Source: Eledone cirrhosa
Lineage: Eukaryota
Reading direction: 5' to 3'
NCBI GenBank assembly: GCA_964016885.1
Contig: OZ024743.1
Span: forward strand, 133,052,001 to 133,116,000
DNA: 64,000 nucleotides
A model generated the notes under the pieces. It searched no databases, was not told the DNA's origin, and worked only from the letters and a program-made list of their open reading frames with translations. Position numbers and translations under genes: made by a program. Positions 1 through 13,800 of this stretch are shown here, piece after piece. How positions within the stretch are numbered: position 1 is the stretch's first letter; each line of letters starts with the position of its first letter.

Positions 1-3000
1 CAAGCACCATGCACCAAACACCAAGCATGAAGAACCAAGCACCAAACGCCAAGCACCAAGCAACAAACACCAAGCACCAAGCACCAAGCACCAAGCACCA
101 AACACCAAGCACCAAAGACCAAGCACCAAATACCAAGCACCAAGCACCAAACACCAATCACCAAGCCCCAAGCACCAAACACCAAGAATTAAGCACCAAT
201 CACTAAACACCAAACACCAAGCACCAAGCACCAAGCACCAAATCCCAAGCACCAAACACCAAGCACCAAGCACCAAACACCAAACACCAAGCACCAAGCA
301 CCAGACACCAAGCACCAAGCACCAAGCACCAAGCACCAAAAACCAAGCACCAAGCTCCAACAACCAAACACCAAGCACCAAACACCAAACACCAAGCACC
401 AAGCACCAAACACCAAGCACCAAGCGCCAAACACCAAACACCAAGAACAAAGTACCAAACACCAACCACCAACCACCAAGCACAAAACACCAAGCACCAA
501 GCACCAATCACCAAACACCAAGCACCAAGCACCAAACACCAAACACCAAGCACCAAGCACCAAACACCAAACACCAAGCCCCAAGCACCAAACACCAAAT
601 ACCAAGCACCAAGCACCAAGCACCAAGCACCAAACACCAAGCACCAAGCACCAAGCACCAAACACCAAGCACCAAACACCAAACACCAAGCACCAAGCAC
701 GAAACACCAAGCACCAAGCGCCAAATACCAAGCACCAAGCACAAAGAACCAAGCACCAAACACCAAACAGCAAACAGCAAACACAAAACACCAAACACCA
801 AACAGCAAACAGCAAACACCAAACCGCAAACACCAAACAGCAAACACCAAACACCAAACACCAACCAGCAAACACCAAACACCAAACACCAAACAGCAAA
901 CGCCAAACATCAAACGCAAAACACCAAACGCCAAACAGCAAACGCCAAACACCAAACGCCAAACAGCAAGCACCAAGCACTAAACACCAAACACCAAGCA
1001 CCAAACACCAAACACCAAGCACTAAGCACCAAACACCAAACACCAAGCACCAAGCACCAAACACCAAACACCAAGCACCAAGCACCAAGCACCAAACACC
1101 AAGCACCAAGCACCAAGCACCAAACACCAAGCACCAAGCACCAAACACGAAGCACCAAACACCAAGCACCAAGCACCAAGCACCAAACACCAAGCACCAA
1201 ACAGCAAGCACCAAACACCAAGCACCAAGCACCAAAACACCAAAAACCAAGCACCAAGCACTAAACACCAAGCACCAAGCACCAAGCATCAAACACCAAG
1301 CACCAAGCACCAAGCACCAAACACCAAGCACCAAGCACCAGGCACCAAGCCCCAAACACCAAGCATCAAGCACCAAACAGCAAACACCAAGCACCAAACA
1401 CCAAGCATCAAGCACCAAGCACCAAGCACCAAGCACCAAACACCAAGCACCAAGCACCAGGCACCAAACACCAAACACCAAGCACCAAGCACCAAACACC
1501 AAACACCAAGCACCAAGCACCAAGCACCAAACACCAAACCACAAACACCAAACAGCATACACCAAACAGCAAACAGCAAACACCAAACACCAAACAGCAA
1601 ACGCCAAAAAGCAAATGCCAAACCCCATACGCCAAACAGCAAATGCCAAACCCCAAACGCCAAACAGCAAACGCCAAGCACCAAACACCAAACACCAAGC
1701 GCCAAGCACCAAACACCAAACACCAAGCACCAATCACCAAACACCAAGCACCAAGCGCCAAACACCAAACACCAAACTCCTAGCACCAAGCACTAAGCAC
1801 CAAACACCAAGCACCAAACACCAAGCACCAAGCACCAAGCACCAAGCACCAAACACCAATCACCAAGCCCCACGCACCAAACACCAAGCACCAAGCACCA
1901 AGCACCCAGAACCAAGCACCAAGCAACAAACACCAAACACCAAGCACCAAGCACCAAACACCAAACAACAAGCACCAAGCAGCAAGCACCAAGCACCAAA
2001 CACCATACACCAAGCACGAAGCACCAAACACCAAAAACCAATCACCAAGCACCAAAGAGCAAACACCAAGCCCCAAGTACCAAACACCAAACACCAAACA
2101 CCAAACAGCAAACACTAAACACCAAACTCCAAACAGCAAACACCAAACACCAAATATCAAACACCAACCAGCAAACACCAAACAGCAAACACCAAACAGC
2201 AAACAGAAAACACCAAACACCAACCAGCAAACACCAAGCACCAAACACCAAACAGCAAACGCCAAAAAGCAAATGCCAAACCCCATACGCCAAACAGCAA
2301 ATGCCAAATCCCAAACGCCAAACAGCAAACGCCAAGCGCCAAACACCAAACACCAAGCGCCAAGCACCCAACACCAAACACCAAGCACCAAGCACCAAAC
2401 ACCAAACACCAAGCACCAATCACCAAACACCAAGCACCAATCGCCAAACACCAAACACCAAACTCCTAGCACCAAGCACCAAGCACCAAACACCAAGCAC
2501 CAAACACCAAGCACCAAGCACCAAGCACCAAGCACCAAACACCAATCACCAAGCCCCAAGCACCAAATAACAAGCACCAAGCACCAAGCACCCAGAACCA
2601 AGCACCAAGCACCAAGCTCCAAGCACCAAGCACCAAGCACCAAACACCAAACACCAAGCACCAAGCACCAAACACCAAGCACCAAGCGCCAAACACCAAA
2701 CACCAAGAAAAAAGTACCAAACACCAAGCACCAACCACCAAGCACAAAACACCAAGCACCAAGCACCAAGCACCAAACACCAAGCACCAAGCACCAAGCA
2801 CCAAAGACCAAACACCAAGCACCAAGCACCAAGCACCAAGCACCAAACACCAAACAGCAAACACCAAACAGCAAACAGCAAACAGCAAACACCAAACACC
2901 AAACACCAAGCACCAAACACCAAGCACCAAGCAACAAGCACCAATCAGCAAGCAGCAAGCACTAAACACCAAACACCAAGCACCAAGCACCATGCACCAA

Positions 3001-5750
3001 ACACCAAGCATGAAGCACCAAGCACCAAACGCCAAGCACCAAGCAACAAACACCAAGCACCAAGCACCAAGCACCAAGCACCAAACACCAAGCACCAAAG
3101 ACCAAGCACCAAATACCAAGCACCAAGCACCAAACACCAATCACCAAGCCCCAAGCACCAAACACCAAGAATTAAGCACCAATCACTAAACACCAAACAC
3201 CAAGCACCAAGCACCAAACTCCAAACACCAAACACCAAGCACCAAGCACCAAATCCCAAGCACCAAACACCAAGCACCAAGCACCAAACACCAAACACCA
3301 AGCACCAAGCACCAGACACCAAGCACCAAGCACCAAGCACCAAGCACCAAAAACCAAGCACCAAGCTCCAAGCACCAAACACCAAGCACCAAACACCAAA
3401 CACCAAGCACCAAGCACCAAACACCAAGCACCAAGCGCCAAACACCAAACACCAAGAACAAAGTACCAAACACCAACCACCAACCACCAAGCACAAAACA
3501 CCAAGCACCAAGCACCAATCACCAAACACCAAGCACCAAGCACCAAACACCAAACACCAAGCACCAAGCACCAAACACCAAACACCAAGCCCCAAGCACC
3601 AAACACCAAATACCAAGCACTAAGCACCAAGCACCAAGCACCAAACACCAAGCACCAAGCACCAAGCACCAAACACCAAGCACCAAACACCAAACACCAA
3701 GCACCAAGCACGAAACACCAAGCACCAAGCGCCAAACACCAAACACCAAGCACCAAGCACCAAATACCAAGCACCAAGCACAAAGAACCAAGCACCAAAC
3801 ACCAAACAGTAAACAGCAAACACCAAACACCAAACACCAAACAGCAAACAGCAAACACCAAACCGCAAACACCAAACAGCAAACACCAAACACCAAACAC
3901 CAACCAGCAAACACCAAATACCAAACACCAAACAGCAAACGCCAAACATCAAACGCAAAACACCAAACGCCAAACAGCAAACGCCAAACACCAAACGCCA
4001 AACAGCAAGCACCAAGCACTAAACACCAAACACCAAGCACCAAACACCAAACACCAAGCACCAAGCACCAAACACCAAACACCAAGCACCAAGTACCAAG
4101 CACCAAACACCAAGCACCAAGCACCAAGCACCAAACACAAAGCACCAAGCACCAAACACGAAGCACCAAACACCAAGCACCAAGCACCAAGCACCAAACA
4201 CCAAGCACCAAACAGCAAGCACCAAACACCAAGCACCAAGCACCAAAACACCAAAAACCAAGCACCAAGCACTAAACACCAAGCACCAAGCACCAAGCAT
4301 CAAACACCAAGCACCAAGCACCAAGCACCAAACACCAAGCACCAAGCACCAGGCACCAAGCCCCAAACACCAAGCATCAAGCACCAAACAGCAAACACCA
4401 AGCACCAAACACCAAGCATCAAGCACCAAGCACCAAGCACCAAGCACCAAACACCAAGCACCAAGCACCAGGCACCAAACACCAAACACCAAGCACCAAG
4501 CACCAAACACCAAACACCAAGCACCAAGCACCAAACACCAAACCACAAACACCAAACAGCAAACACCAAACAGCAAACAGCAAACACCAAACACCAAACA
4601 GCAAACGCCAAAAAGCAAATGCCAAACCCCATACGCCAAACAGCAAATGCCAAACCCCAAACGCCAAACAGCAAACGCCAAGCACCAAACACCAAACACC
4701 AAGCACCAAGCACCAAACACCAAACACCAAGCACCAATCACCAAACACCAAGCACCAAGCGCCAAACACCAAACACCAAACTCCTAGCACCAAGCACTAA
4801 GCACCAAACACCAAGCACCAAACACCAAGCACCAAGCACCAAGCACCAAGCACCAAACACCAATCACCAAGCCCCACGCACCAAACACCAAGCACCAAGC
4901 ACCAAGCACCCAGAACCAAGCACCAAGCAACAAACACCAAACACCAAGCACGAAGCACCAAACACCAAACACCAAGCACCAAGCAGCAAGCACCAAGCAC
5001 CTAACACCATACACCAAGCACGAAGCACCAAACACCAAAAACCAATCACCAAGCACCAAAGAGCAAACACCAAGCCCCAAGTACCAAACACCAAACACCA
5101 AACACCAAACAGCAAACACTAAACACCAAACTCCAAACAGCAAACACCAAACACCAAATATCAAACACCAACCAGCAAACACCAAACAGCAAACACCAAA
5201 CAGCAAACACCAAACAGCAAACAGAAAACACCAAACACCAACCAGCAAACACTAAGCACCAAACACCAAACAGCAAACGCCAAAAAGCAAATGCCAAACC
5301 CCATACGCCAAACAGCAAATGCCAAATCCCAAACGCCAAACAGCAAACGCCAAGCGCCAAACACCGAACACCAAGCGCCAAGCACCAAACACCAAACACC
5401 AAGCACCAAGCACCAAACACCAAACACCAAGCACCAATCACCAAATACCAAGCACCAATCGCCAAACACCAAACACCAAACTCCTAGCACCAAGCACCAA
5501 GCACCAAACACCAAGCACCAAACACCAAGCACCAAGCACCAAGCACCAAGCAGCAAACACCAATCACCAAGCCCCAAGCACCAAATAACAAGCACCAAGC
5601 ACCAAGAACCCAGAACCAAGCACCAAGCACCAAGCTCCAAGCACCAATCACCAAGCACCAAACACCAAGCACCAAGCACCAAACACCAAGCACCAAGCGC
5701 CAAACACCAAACACCAAGAACAAAGTACCAAACACCAAGCACCAACCACC
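1..5750. repeat. Higher-order repeat, ~3.0-kb period, about two copies
   Basis: Matching variant strings at offsets 2983 (ORFs 9..206 vs 2992..3189), 3004 (1615..2118 vs 4619..5122) and 3018 (2301..2570 vs 5319..5588). Shared markers: GAATTAAG (~186/~3169) and the 8-bp unit CACCAAAA (~1230/~4241). Confidence 0.9.
1595..1678. repeat. Marker cassette B (first of ~20 copies): 28-bp sub-period CAGCAAA-YGCCAAA-CCCCAWA-CGCCAAA
   Basis: Reads CAGCAAA CGCCAAA AAGCAAA TGCCAAA CCCCATA CGCCAAA CAGCAAA TGCCAAA CCCCAAA CGCCAAA CAGCAAA CGCCAAG. Related copies lie near 2255, 4600, 5270, 11470, 15300, 19975, 23780, 47570, 47775, 49125, 50275, 52760, 52970, 53150, 54480, 57200, 58990, 61650 and 63483. Confidence 0.85.
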
Positions 5751-6940
5751 AAGCACAAAACACCAAGCACCAAGCACCAAGCACCAAACACCAAGCACCA
5801 AGCACCAAGCACCAAACACCAAACACCAAGCGCCAAGCGCCAAACACCAAATACCAAGCACCAAGCACTAAACACCAAACAGCAAGCACCAAGCACCAAG
5901 CACCAAGCACCAAGCACCAAACACCAAGTACCAAGCACCAAGCACCAAACACCAAACACCAAACACCAAGCACCAAGCACCAAACACCAAACACCAAGCA
6001 CCAAGCACCAGACACCAAACACCAAGCACCAAGCACCAATCACCAAACACCAAGCACGAAGCACCAAACACCAAACACCAAGCACCAAGCACCAAACACC
6101 AAACACCAAACACCAGGCACCAAGCACCAAGCAGCAAGCACCAAGCACCAAGCACAAAGCACCAAACACCAAACACCAAGCACTAAGCACCAAAAACCAA
6201 ACACCAAGCACAAAGCACTAAAGAGCAAAAACAAAGCACCAAGCACCAAACACCAAACACCAAACACCAAGCACCAATCACCAAACACCAAGCACCAATC
6301 GCCAAACACCAAACACCAAACTCCTAGCACCAAGCACCAAGCACCAAACACCAAGCACCAAACACCAAGCACCAAGCACCAAGCACCAAGCAGCAAACAC
6401 CAATCACCAAGCCCCAAGCACCAAATAACAAGCACCAAGCACCAAGCACCCAGAACATAGCACCAAGCACCAAGCTCCAAGCACCAATCACCAAGCACCA
6501 AACACCAAGCACCAAGCACCAAACACCAAGCACCAAGCGCCAAACACCAAACACCAAGAACAAAGTACCAAACACCAAGCACCAACCACCAAGCACAAAA
6601 CACCAAGCACCAAGCACCAAGCACCAAACACCAAGCACCAAGCACCAAGCACCAAACACCAAACACCAAGCGCCAAGCGCCAAACACCAAATACCAAGCA
6701 CCAAGCACTAAACACCAAACAGCAAGCACCAAGCACCAAGCACCAAGCACCAAGCACCAAACACCAAGTACCAAGCACCAAGCACCAAACACCAAACACC
6801 AAACACCAAGCACCAAGCACCAAACACCAAACACCAAGCACCAAGCACCAGACACCAAGCACCAAGCACCAAGCACCAATCACCAAACACCAAGCACGAA
6901 GCACCAAACACCAAACACCAAGCACCAAGCACCAAACACC
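5430..6940. repeat. Duplication at 840-bp (120-unit) offset
   Basis: Lines starting at 5461 and 6301 are identical (CTCCTAG marker). CCAAATAACAAG occurs at 5581 and 6421. ORFs 5484..5864 and 6324..6704 match. The copies diverge after ~6100/~6940. Confidence 0.9.
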
Positions 6941-7849
6941 AATTACCAAGCACGAAGCACCAAGCACCAAGCACCAAATACCAAACACCAAGCAACAAGC
7001 ACCAAACACCAAACACCAAACACCAGGCACCAAGCACCAAGCACCAAGCACCAAGCAAAAAACACAAAGCACCAAGCACCAAGCACCAAACACCAAACAC
7101 CAAACACCAGGCACCAAGCACCAAGCAGCAAGCACCAAGCACCAAGCACAAAGCACCAAACACCAAACACCAAGCACTAAGCACCAAAAACCAAACACCA
7201 AGCACAAAGCACTAAAGAGCAAAAACAAAGCACCAAGCACCAAACACCAAACACCAAACACCAAACACCAAACAGCAAACACCAAATAGCAAAAACCAAA
7301 CAGCAAACAGCAAACACCAAACACCAAACACCAAGCACCAAGTACCAAGCACCAAACAACAACACCAAGCACCAAGCACCAAACACCACGCACCAAGCAC
7401 CAAACACCAAACACCAAGCTCCAAGCACCAAACACCAAACACCAAGCACCAAGCAGCAAACACCAATCACCAAGCACCAAGCACCAAACACCAAGCACCA
7501 AACACCAAGCACCAATCACCAAACACCAAACACCAAGAACCAAGCACCAAACACCAAACACCAAGCACCTAGCACCAAACACCAAGCACCAAGCACCAAG
7601 CAACAAACACCAAGCACCAAGCACCAAACACCAAGCACCAAGCACGAAACACCAAGCACCAAGCACCGAGCACCAAACACCAAGTACCAAGCACCAATCA
7701 CCAAACACCAAGCACCAAGCACCAAACACCAAACACCAAACACCAAGCACCAAGCACCAAACACCAAACACCAAAAACCAAGCACCAAACACCAAATACC
7801 AAGCACCAAGCACCAAACACCAAGCACCAAGCACCAAGCACAAAACACC

Positions 7850-10800
7850 AAGCACCAAGCGCTAAACATAAAACACTAAGCACCAAGCACCAAGCACCAA
7901 GCACCAAACACCAAACATCAAACACCAATCACCAAACATCAAACAGCAAACACCAAACACCAAACACCAAACATCAAACAGCAAACAACAAACAACAAAT
8001 GCCAAACATCAAACGCCAAACACCAAACACCAAATAGCAAACACCAAACCGCAAACACCAAACACCAAACAGGCAACACCAAACACCAAACAGCGAACAC
8101 CAAACAGCAAACACCAAACACCAAGCACCAAGCACCAAGCACCACACACCAAGCACCAAGCACCAAACACCAAAAACCAAGCACCAAGCACTAAACACCA
8201 AGCACCAAGCCCCGAGCACCAAACACCAAGTACCAAGCACCAATCACCAAACACCAAGCACCAAGCACCAAACACCAAACACCAAACACCAAGCACCAAG
8301 CACCAAACACCAAACACCAAGAACCAAGCACCAAACACCAAACACCAGGCACCAAGGACCAAGCACCAAGTACCAAGCAAAAAACACAAAGCACCAAGCA
8401 CCAAGCACCAGACACCAAACACCAAACACCAGGCACCAAGCACCAAGCAGCAAGCACCAAGCACCAAGCACAAAGCACCAAACACCAAACACCAAGCACT
8501 AAGCACCAAACACCAAACACCAAGCACAAAGCACCAAAGAGCAAAAACAAAGCACCAAGCACCAAACACCAAACACCAAACACCAAACACCAAACAGCAA
8601 ACACCAAACAGCAAACACCAAACAGCAAACAGCAAACACCAAACACCAAACACCAAGCACCAAGTACCAAGCACCAAACAACAACACCAAGCACCAAGCA
8701 CCAAACACCAAGCACCAAGCACCAAACACCAAACACCAAGCTCCAAGCACCAAACACCAAACACCAAGCACCAAGCAGCAAACACCAATCACCAAGCACC
8801 AAGCACCAAACACCAAGCACCAAACACCAAGCACCAATCACGAAACACCAAACACCAAGAACCAAGCACCAAACACAAAACACCAAGCACCAAGCACCAA
8901 ACACCAAGCACCAAGCACCAAACACCAAACACCAAACACCAAGCACCTAGCACCAAACACCAAGCACCAAGCACCAAGCAACAAACACCAAGCACCAAGC
9001 ACCAAACACCAAGCACCAAGCACGAAACACCAAGCACCAAGCACCGAGCACCAAACACCAAGTACCAAGCACCAATCACCAAACACCAAGCACCAAGCAC
9101 CAAACACCAAACACCAAACACCAAGCACCAAGCACCAAACACCAAACACCAAGAACCAAGCACCAAACACCAAATACCAAGCACCAAGCACCAAACACCA
9201 AGCACCAAGCACCAAGCACAAAACACCAAGCACCAAGCGCTACACATAAAACACTAAGCACCAAGCACCAAGCACCAAGCACCAAACACCAAACATCAAA
9301 CACCAATCACCAAATATCAAACAGCAAACACCAAACACCAAACACCAAACATCAAACACCAAACAGCAAACAACAAACAACAAATGCCAAACATCAAACG
9401 CCAAACACCAAACACCAAATAGCAAACACCAAACCGCAAACACCAAACACCAAACAGGAAACACCAAACACCAAACAGCGAACAACAAACAGCAAACACC
9501 AAACACCAAGCACCAAGCACCAAGCACAAAAGACCAAGCACCAAGCGCCAAACACCAAACACCAAGCACCAAGCACCAAACACCAAGCACCAAACACCAA
9601 ACACCAATCACCAACCGCCAAACACCAAATACCAAGCACCAAGCACTAAACACCAAACACCAAGCACCAAGCACCAAGCATCAAGCACCAAGCACCAAAC
9701 ACCAAGCACCAAGCACCAAGCACCAAGCACCAAACACAAAACACCAAGTACCAAGCACCAAGCACCAAACACCAAACACCAAACACCAAGCACCAAGCAC
9801 CAAACACCAAACACCAAGCACCAAGCACCAGACACCAAGCACCAAGCACCAAGCACCAATCACCAAACACCAAGCACTAAGCACCAAATACCAAACACCA
9901 AGCTCCAAGCACCAAACACCAAACACCAAGCACCAAGCACCAAACCTCAATCACCAAGCACCAAGCACCAAACCCCAAGCACCAAACACCAAGCACCAAT
10001 CACCAAACACCAAACACCAAGAACCAAGCACCAAACACAAAACACCAAGCACCAAGCACCAAACACCAAGCACCAAGCACCAAGCACCAAACACCAAGCA
10101 CCAAGTACCAAACACCAAACACCAAGCACCAAGCACCAAACACCAAACACCAAGCACCAAGCACCAAACACTAAACACCAGGCTCCAAGCACAAAACACC
10201 AAGCACCAAGCACCAAGCACCAAACACCAAACACCAAACACCAAGCACCGAGCACCAAACACCAAGCACCAAGCACCAAGCAACAAACAACAAGCACCAA
10301 GCACCAAACACCAAGCACCAAGCACCAAGCACCAAATACCAAACACCAAGCACCAAGCACCAAACACCAAGCACCAAGCACCAGACACGAAGCACCAAGC
10401 ACCAAGCACCAAGCATCAAGCACCAAATACCAAACACCAAGCACCAAGCACCACACACCAAACACCAAGCACCAAGCACCAAACACCAAACACCAAACAC
10501 CAGGCACCAAGCACCAATCACCAAGCACCAAGCCAAAAACACAATGCACCAAGCACCAAGCACCAAACACCAAACACCAAACACCAGGCACCAAGCACCA
10601 AGCAGCAAGCACCAAGCACCAAGCACCAAGCACCAAACACCAAACACCAAGCACCAAGCACCAAACACCAAACACCAAGCCCAAAGCACCAAAGAGCAAA
10701 AACAAAACACCAAGCACCAAACACCAAACACCAAGCACCAAACACCAAACACCAAGCACCAAGCACTAAACACCAAACACCAAGCAGCAAGCACCAAGCA

Positions 10801-13800
10801 CCAAACACCAAGCACCAAGCACCAAGCACCAAACACCAAGCACCAAGCACCAAACACCAAACACCAAGTGCCAAGCACCAAGCACCAAACACCAAGCACC
10901 AAGCACCAAGCACCAAACACCAAACACCAACCACCAAGTACCAAGCACCAAACACCAAGCACCAATCACCAAACACCAAGCACCAAGCACCAAGCACCAA
11001 ACACCAAGCACCAAGCACCAAACACCAAACACCAAGCACCAAACACCAAGCACCAAGCACCAAGCACCAAACACCAAACACCAACCACCAAGCACCAAGC
11101 ACTAAACACCAAGCAACAAGCACCAAGCATCAAGCACCAAGCACCAAGCACCAAGCACCAAACACCAAGCACCAAGCACCAAGCACCAAACACCAAGCAC
11201 CAAGCACCAAACAGCAAATACCAAGCACCAAACACCAAACACCAAGCACCAAGCACCAAACACCAAACACCAAGCACCAAACACCAAGCACCAAGTCCCA
11301 AGCACCCAACACCAAGCACCAAGCACCAAACACCAAGCACCAAGCACCAAGCACCATGCACCAAACACCAAGCACCAAGCACCAAACAGCAAACACCAAA
11401 CAGCAAACACCAAACAGCAAACACCAAACAGCAAACACCAAACAGCAAACAGCAAACACCAAACACCAAACAGCAAACGCCAAAAAGCAAACGCCAAACC
11501 CCAAACGCCAAACAGCAAATGCCAAACCCCAAATGCCAAACAGCAAACGCCAAGCACCAAACACCAAACACCTAGCACCAAGCACAAAACACCTAACACC
11601 AAGCACCAAGCACCAAACACCAAACACCAAACACCAGGCACCATGCACCAATCACCAAGCACCAAGCAAAAAACACAAATCACCAAGCACCAAGCACCAA
11701 ACACCAAACACCAAACACCAGGCACCAAGCACCAAACACCAAGCACCAAGCACCAAGCACAAAACACCAAGCACCAAGCGCTAAACATAAAACACTAAGC
11801 ACCAAGCACCAAGCACCAAGCACCAAACACCAAACATCAAACACCAATCACCAAACATCAAACAGCAAACACCAAACACCAAACACCAAACATCAAACAG
11901 CAAACAACAAACAACAAATGCCAAACATCAAACGCCAAACACCAAACACCAAATAGCAAACACCAAACCGCAAACACCAAACACCAAACAGGCAACACCA
12001 AACACCAAACAGCGAACACCAAACAGCAAACACCAAACACCAAGCACCAAGCACCAAGCACCACACACCAAGCACCAAGCACCAAACACCAAAAACCAAG
12101 CACCAAGCACTAAACACCAAGCACCAAGCCCCGAGCACCAAACACCAAGTACCAAGCACCAATCACCAAACACCAAGCACCAAGCACCAAACACCAAACA
12201 CCAAACACCAAGCACCAAGCACCAAACACCAAACACCAAGAACCAAGCACCAAACACCAAACACCAGGCACCAAGGACCAAGCACCAAGTACCAAGCAAA
12301 AAACACAAAGCACCAAGCACCAAGCACCAAACACCAAACACCAAACACCAGGCACCAAGCACCAAGCAGCAAGCACCAAGCACCAAGCACAAAGCACCAA
12401 ACACCAAACACCAAGCACTAAGCACCAAACACCAAACACCAAGCACAAAGCACCAAAGAGCAAAAACAAAGCACCAAGCACCAAACACCAAACACCAAAC
12501 ACCAAACACCAAACAGCAAACACCAAACAGCAAACACCAAACAGCAAACAGCAAACACCAAACACCAAACACCAAGCACCAAGTACCAAGCACCAAACAA
12601 CAACACCAAGCACCAAGCACCAAACACCAAGCACCAAGCACCAAACACCAAACACCAAGCTCCAAGCACCAAACACCAAACACCAAGCACCAAGCAGCAA
12701 ACACCAATCACCAAGCACCAAGCACCAAACACCAAGCACCAAACACCAAGCACCAATCACGAAACACCAAACACCAAGAACCAAGCACCAAACACAAAAC
12801 ACCAAGCACCAAGCACCAAACACCAAACACCAAACACCAAACACCAAACACCAAGCACCTAGCACCAAACACCAAGCACCAAGCACCAAGCAACAAACAC
12901 CAAGCACCAAGCACCAAACACCAAGCACCAAGCACGAAACACCAAGCACCAAGCACCGAGCACCAAACACCAAGTACCAAGCACCAATCACCAAACACCA
13001 AGCACCAAGCACCAAACACCAAACACCAAACACCAAGCACCAAGCACCAAACACCAAACACCAAGAACCAAGCACCAAACACCAAATACCAAGCACCAAG
13101 CACCAAACACCAAGCACCAAGCACCAAGTACAAAACACCAAGCACCAAGCGCTACACATAAAACACTAAGCACCAAGCACCAAGCACCAAGCACCAAACA
13201 CCAAACATCAAACACCAATCACCAAATATCAAACAGCAAACACCAAACACCAAACACCAAACATCAAACACCAAACAGCAAACAACAAACAACAAATGCC
13301 AAACATCAAACGCCAAACACCAAACACCAAATAGCAAACACCAAACCGCAAACACCAAACACCAAACAGGAAACACCAAACACCAAACAGCGAACAACAA
13401 ACAGCAAACACCAAACACCAAGCACCAAGCACCAAGCACAAAAGACCAAGCACCAAGCGCCAAACACCAAACACCAAGCACCAAGCACCAAACACCAAGC
13501 ACCAAACACCAAACACCAATCACCAACCGCCAAACACCAAATACCAAGCACCAAGCACTAAACACCAAACACCAAGCACCAAGCACCAAGCATCAAGCAC
13601 CAAGCACCAAACACCAAGCACCAAGCACCAAGCACCAAGCACCAAACACAAAACACCAAGTACCAGGCACCAAGCACCAAACACCAAACACCAAACACCA
13701 AGCACCAAGCACCAAACACCAAACACCAAGCACCAAGCACCAGACACCAAGCACCAAGCACCAAGCACCAATCACCAAACACCAAGCACTAAGCACCAAA

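Noticed and set aside
424-431. GCGCCAAA (= TTTGGCGC, E2F-like site) and CATAAA/TAAA TATA- or polyA-like words
   Set aside because: They are only one or two substitutions from the consensus, so they are expected by chance and multiplied by duplication. No gene context.
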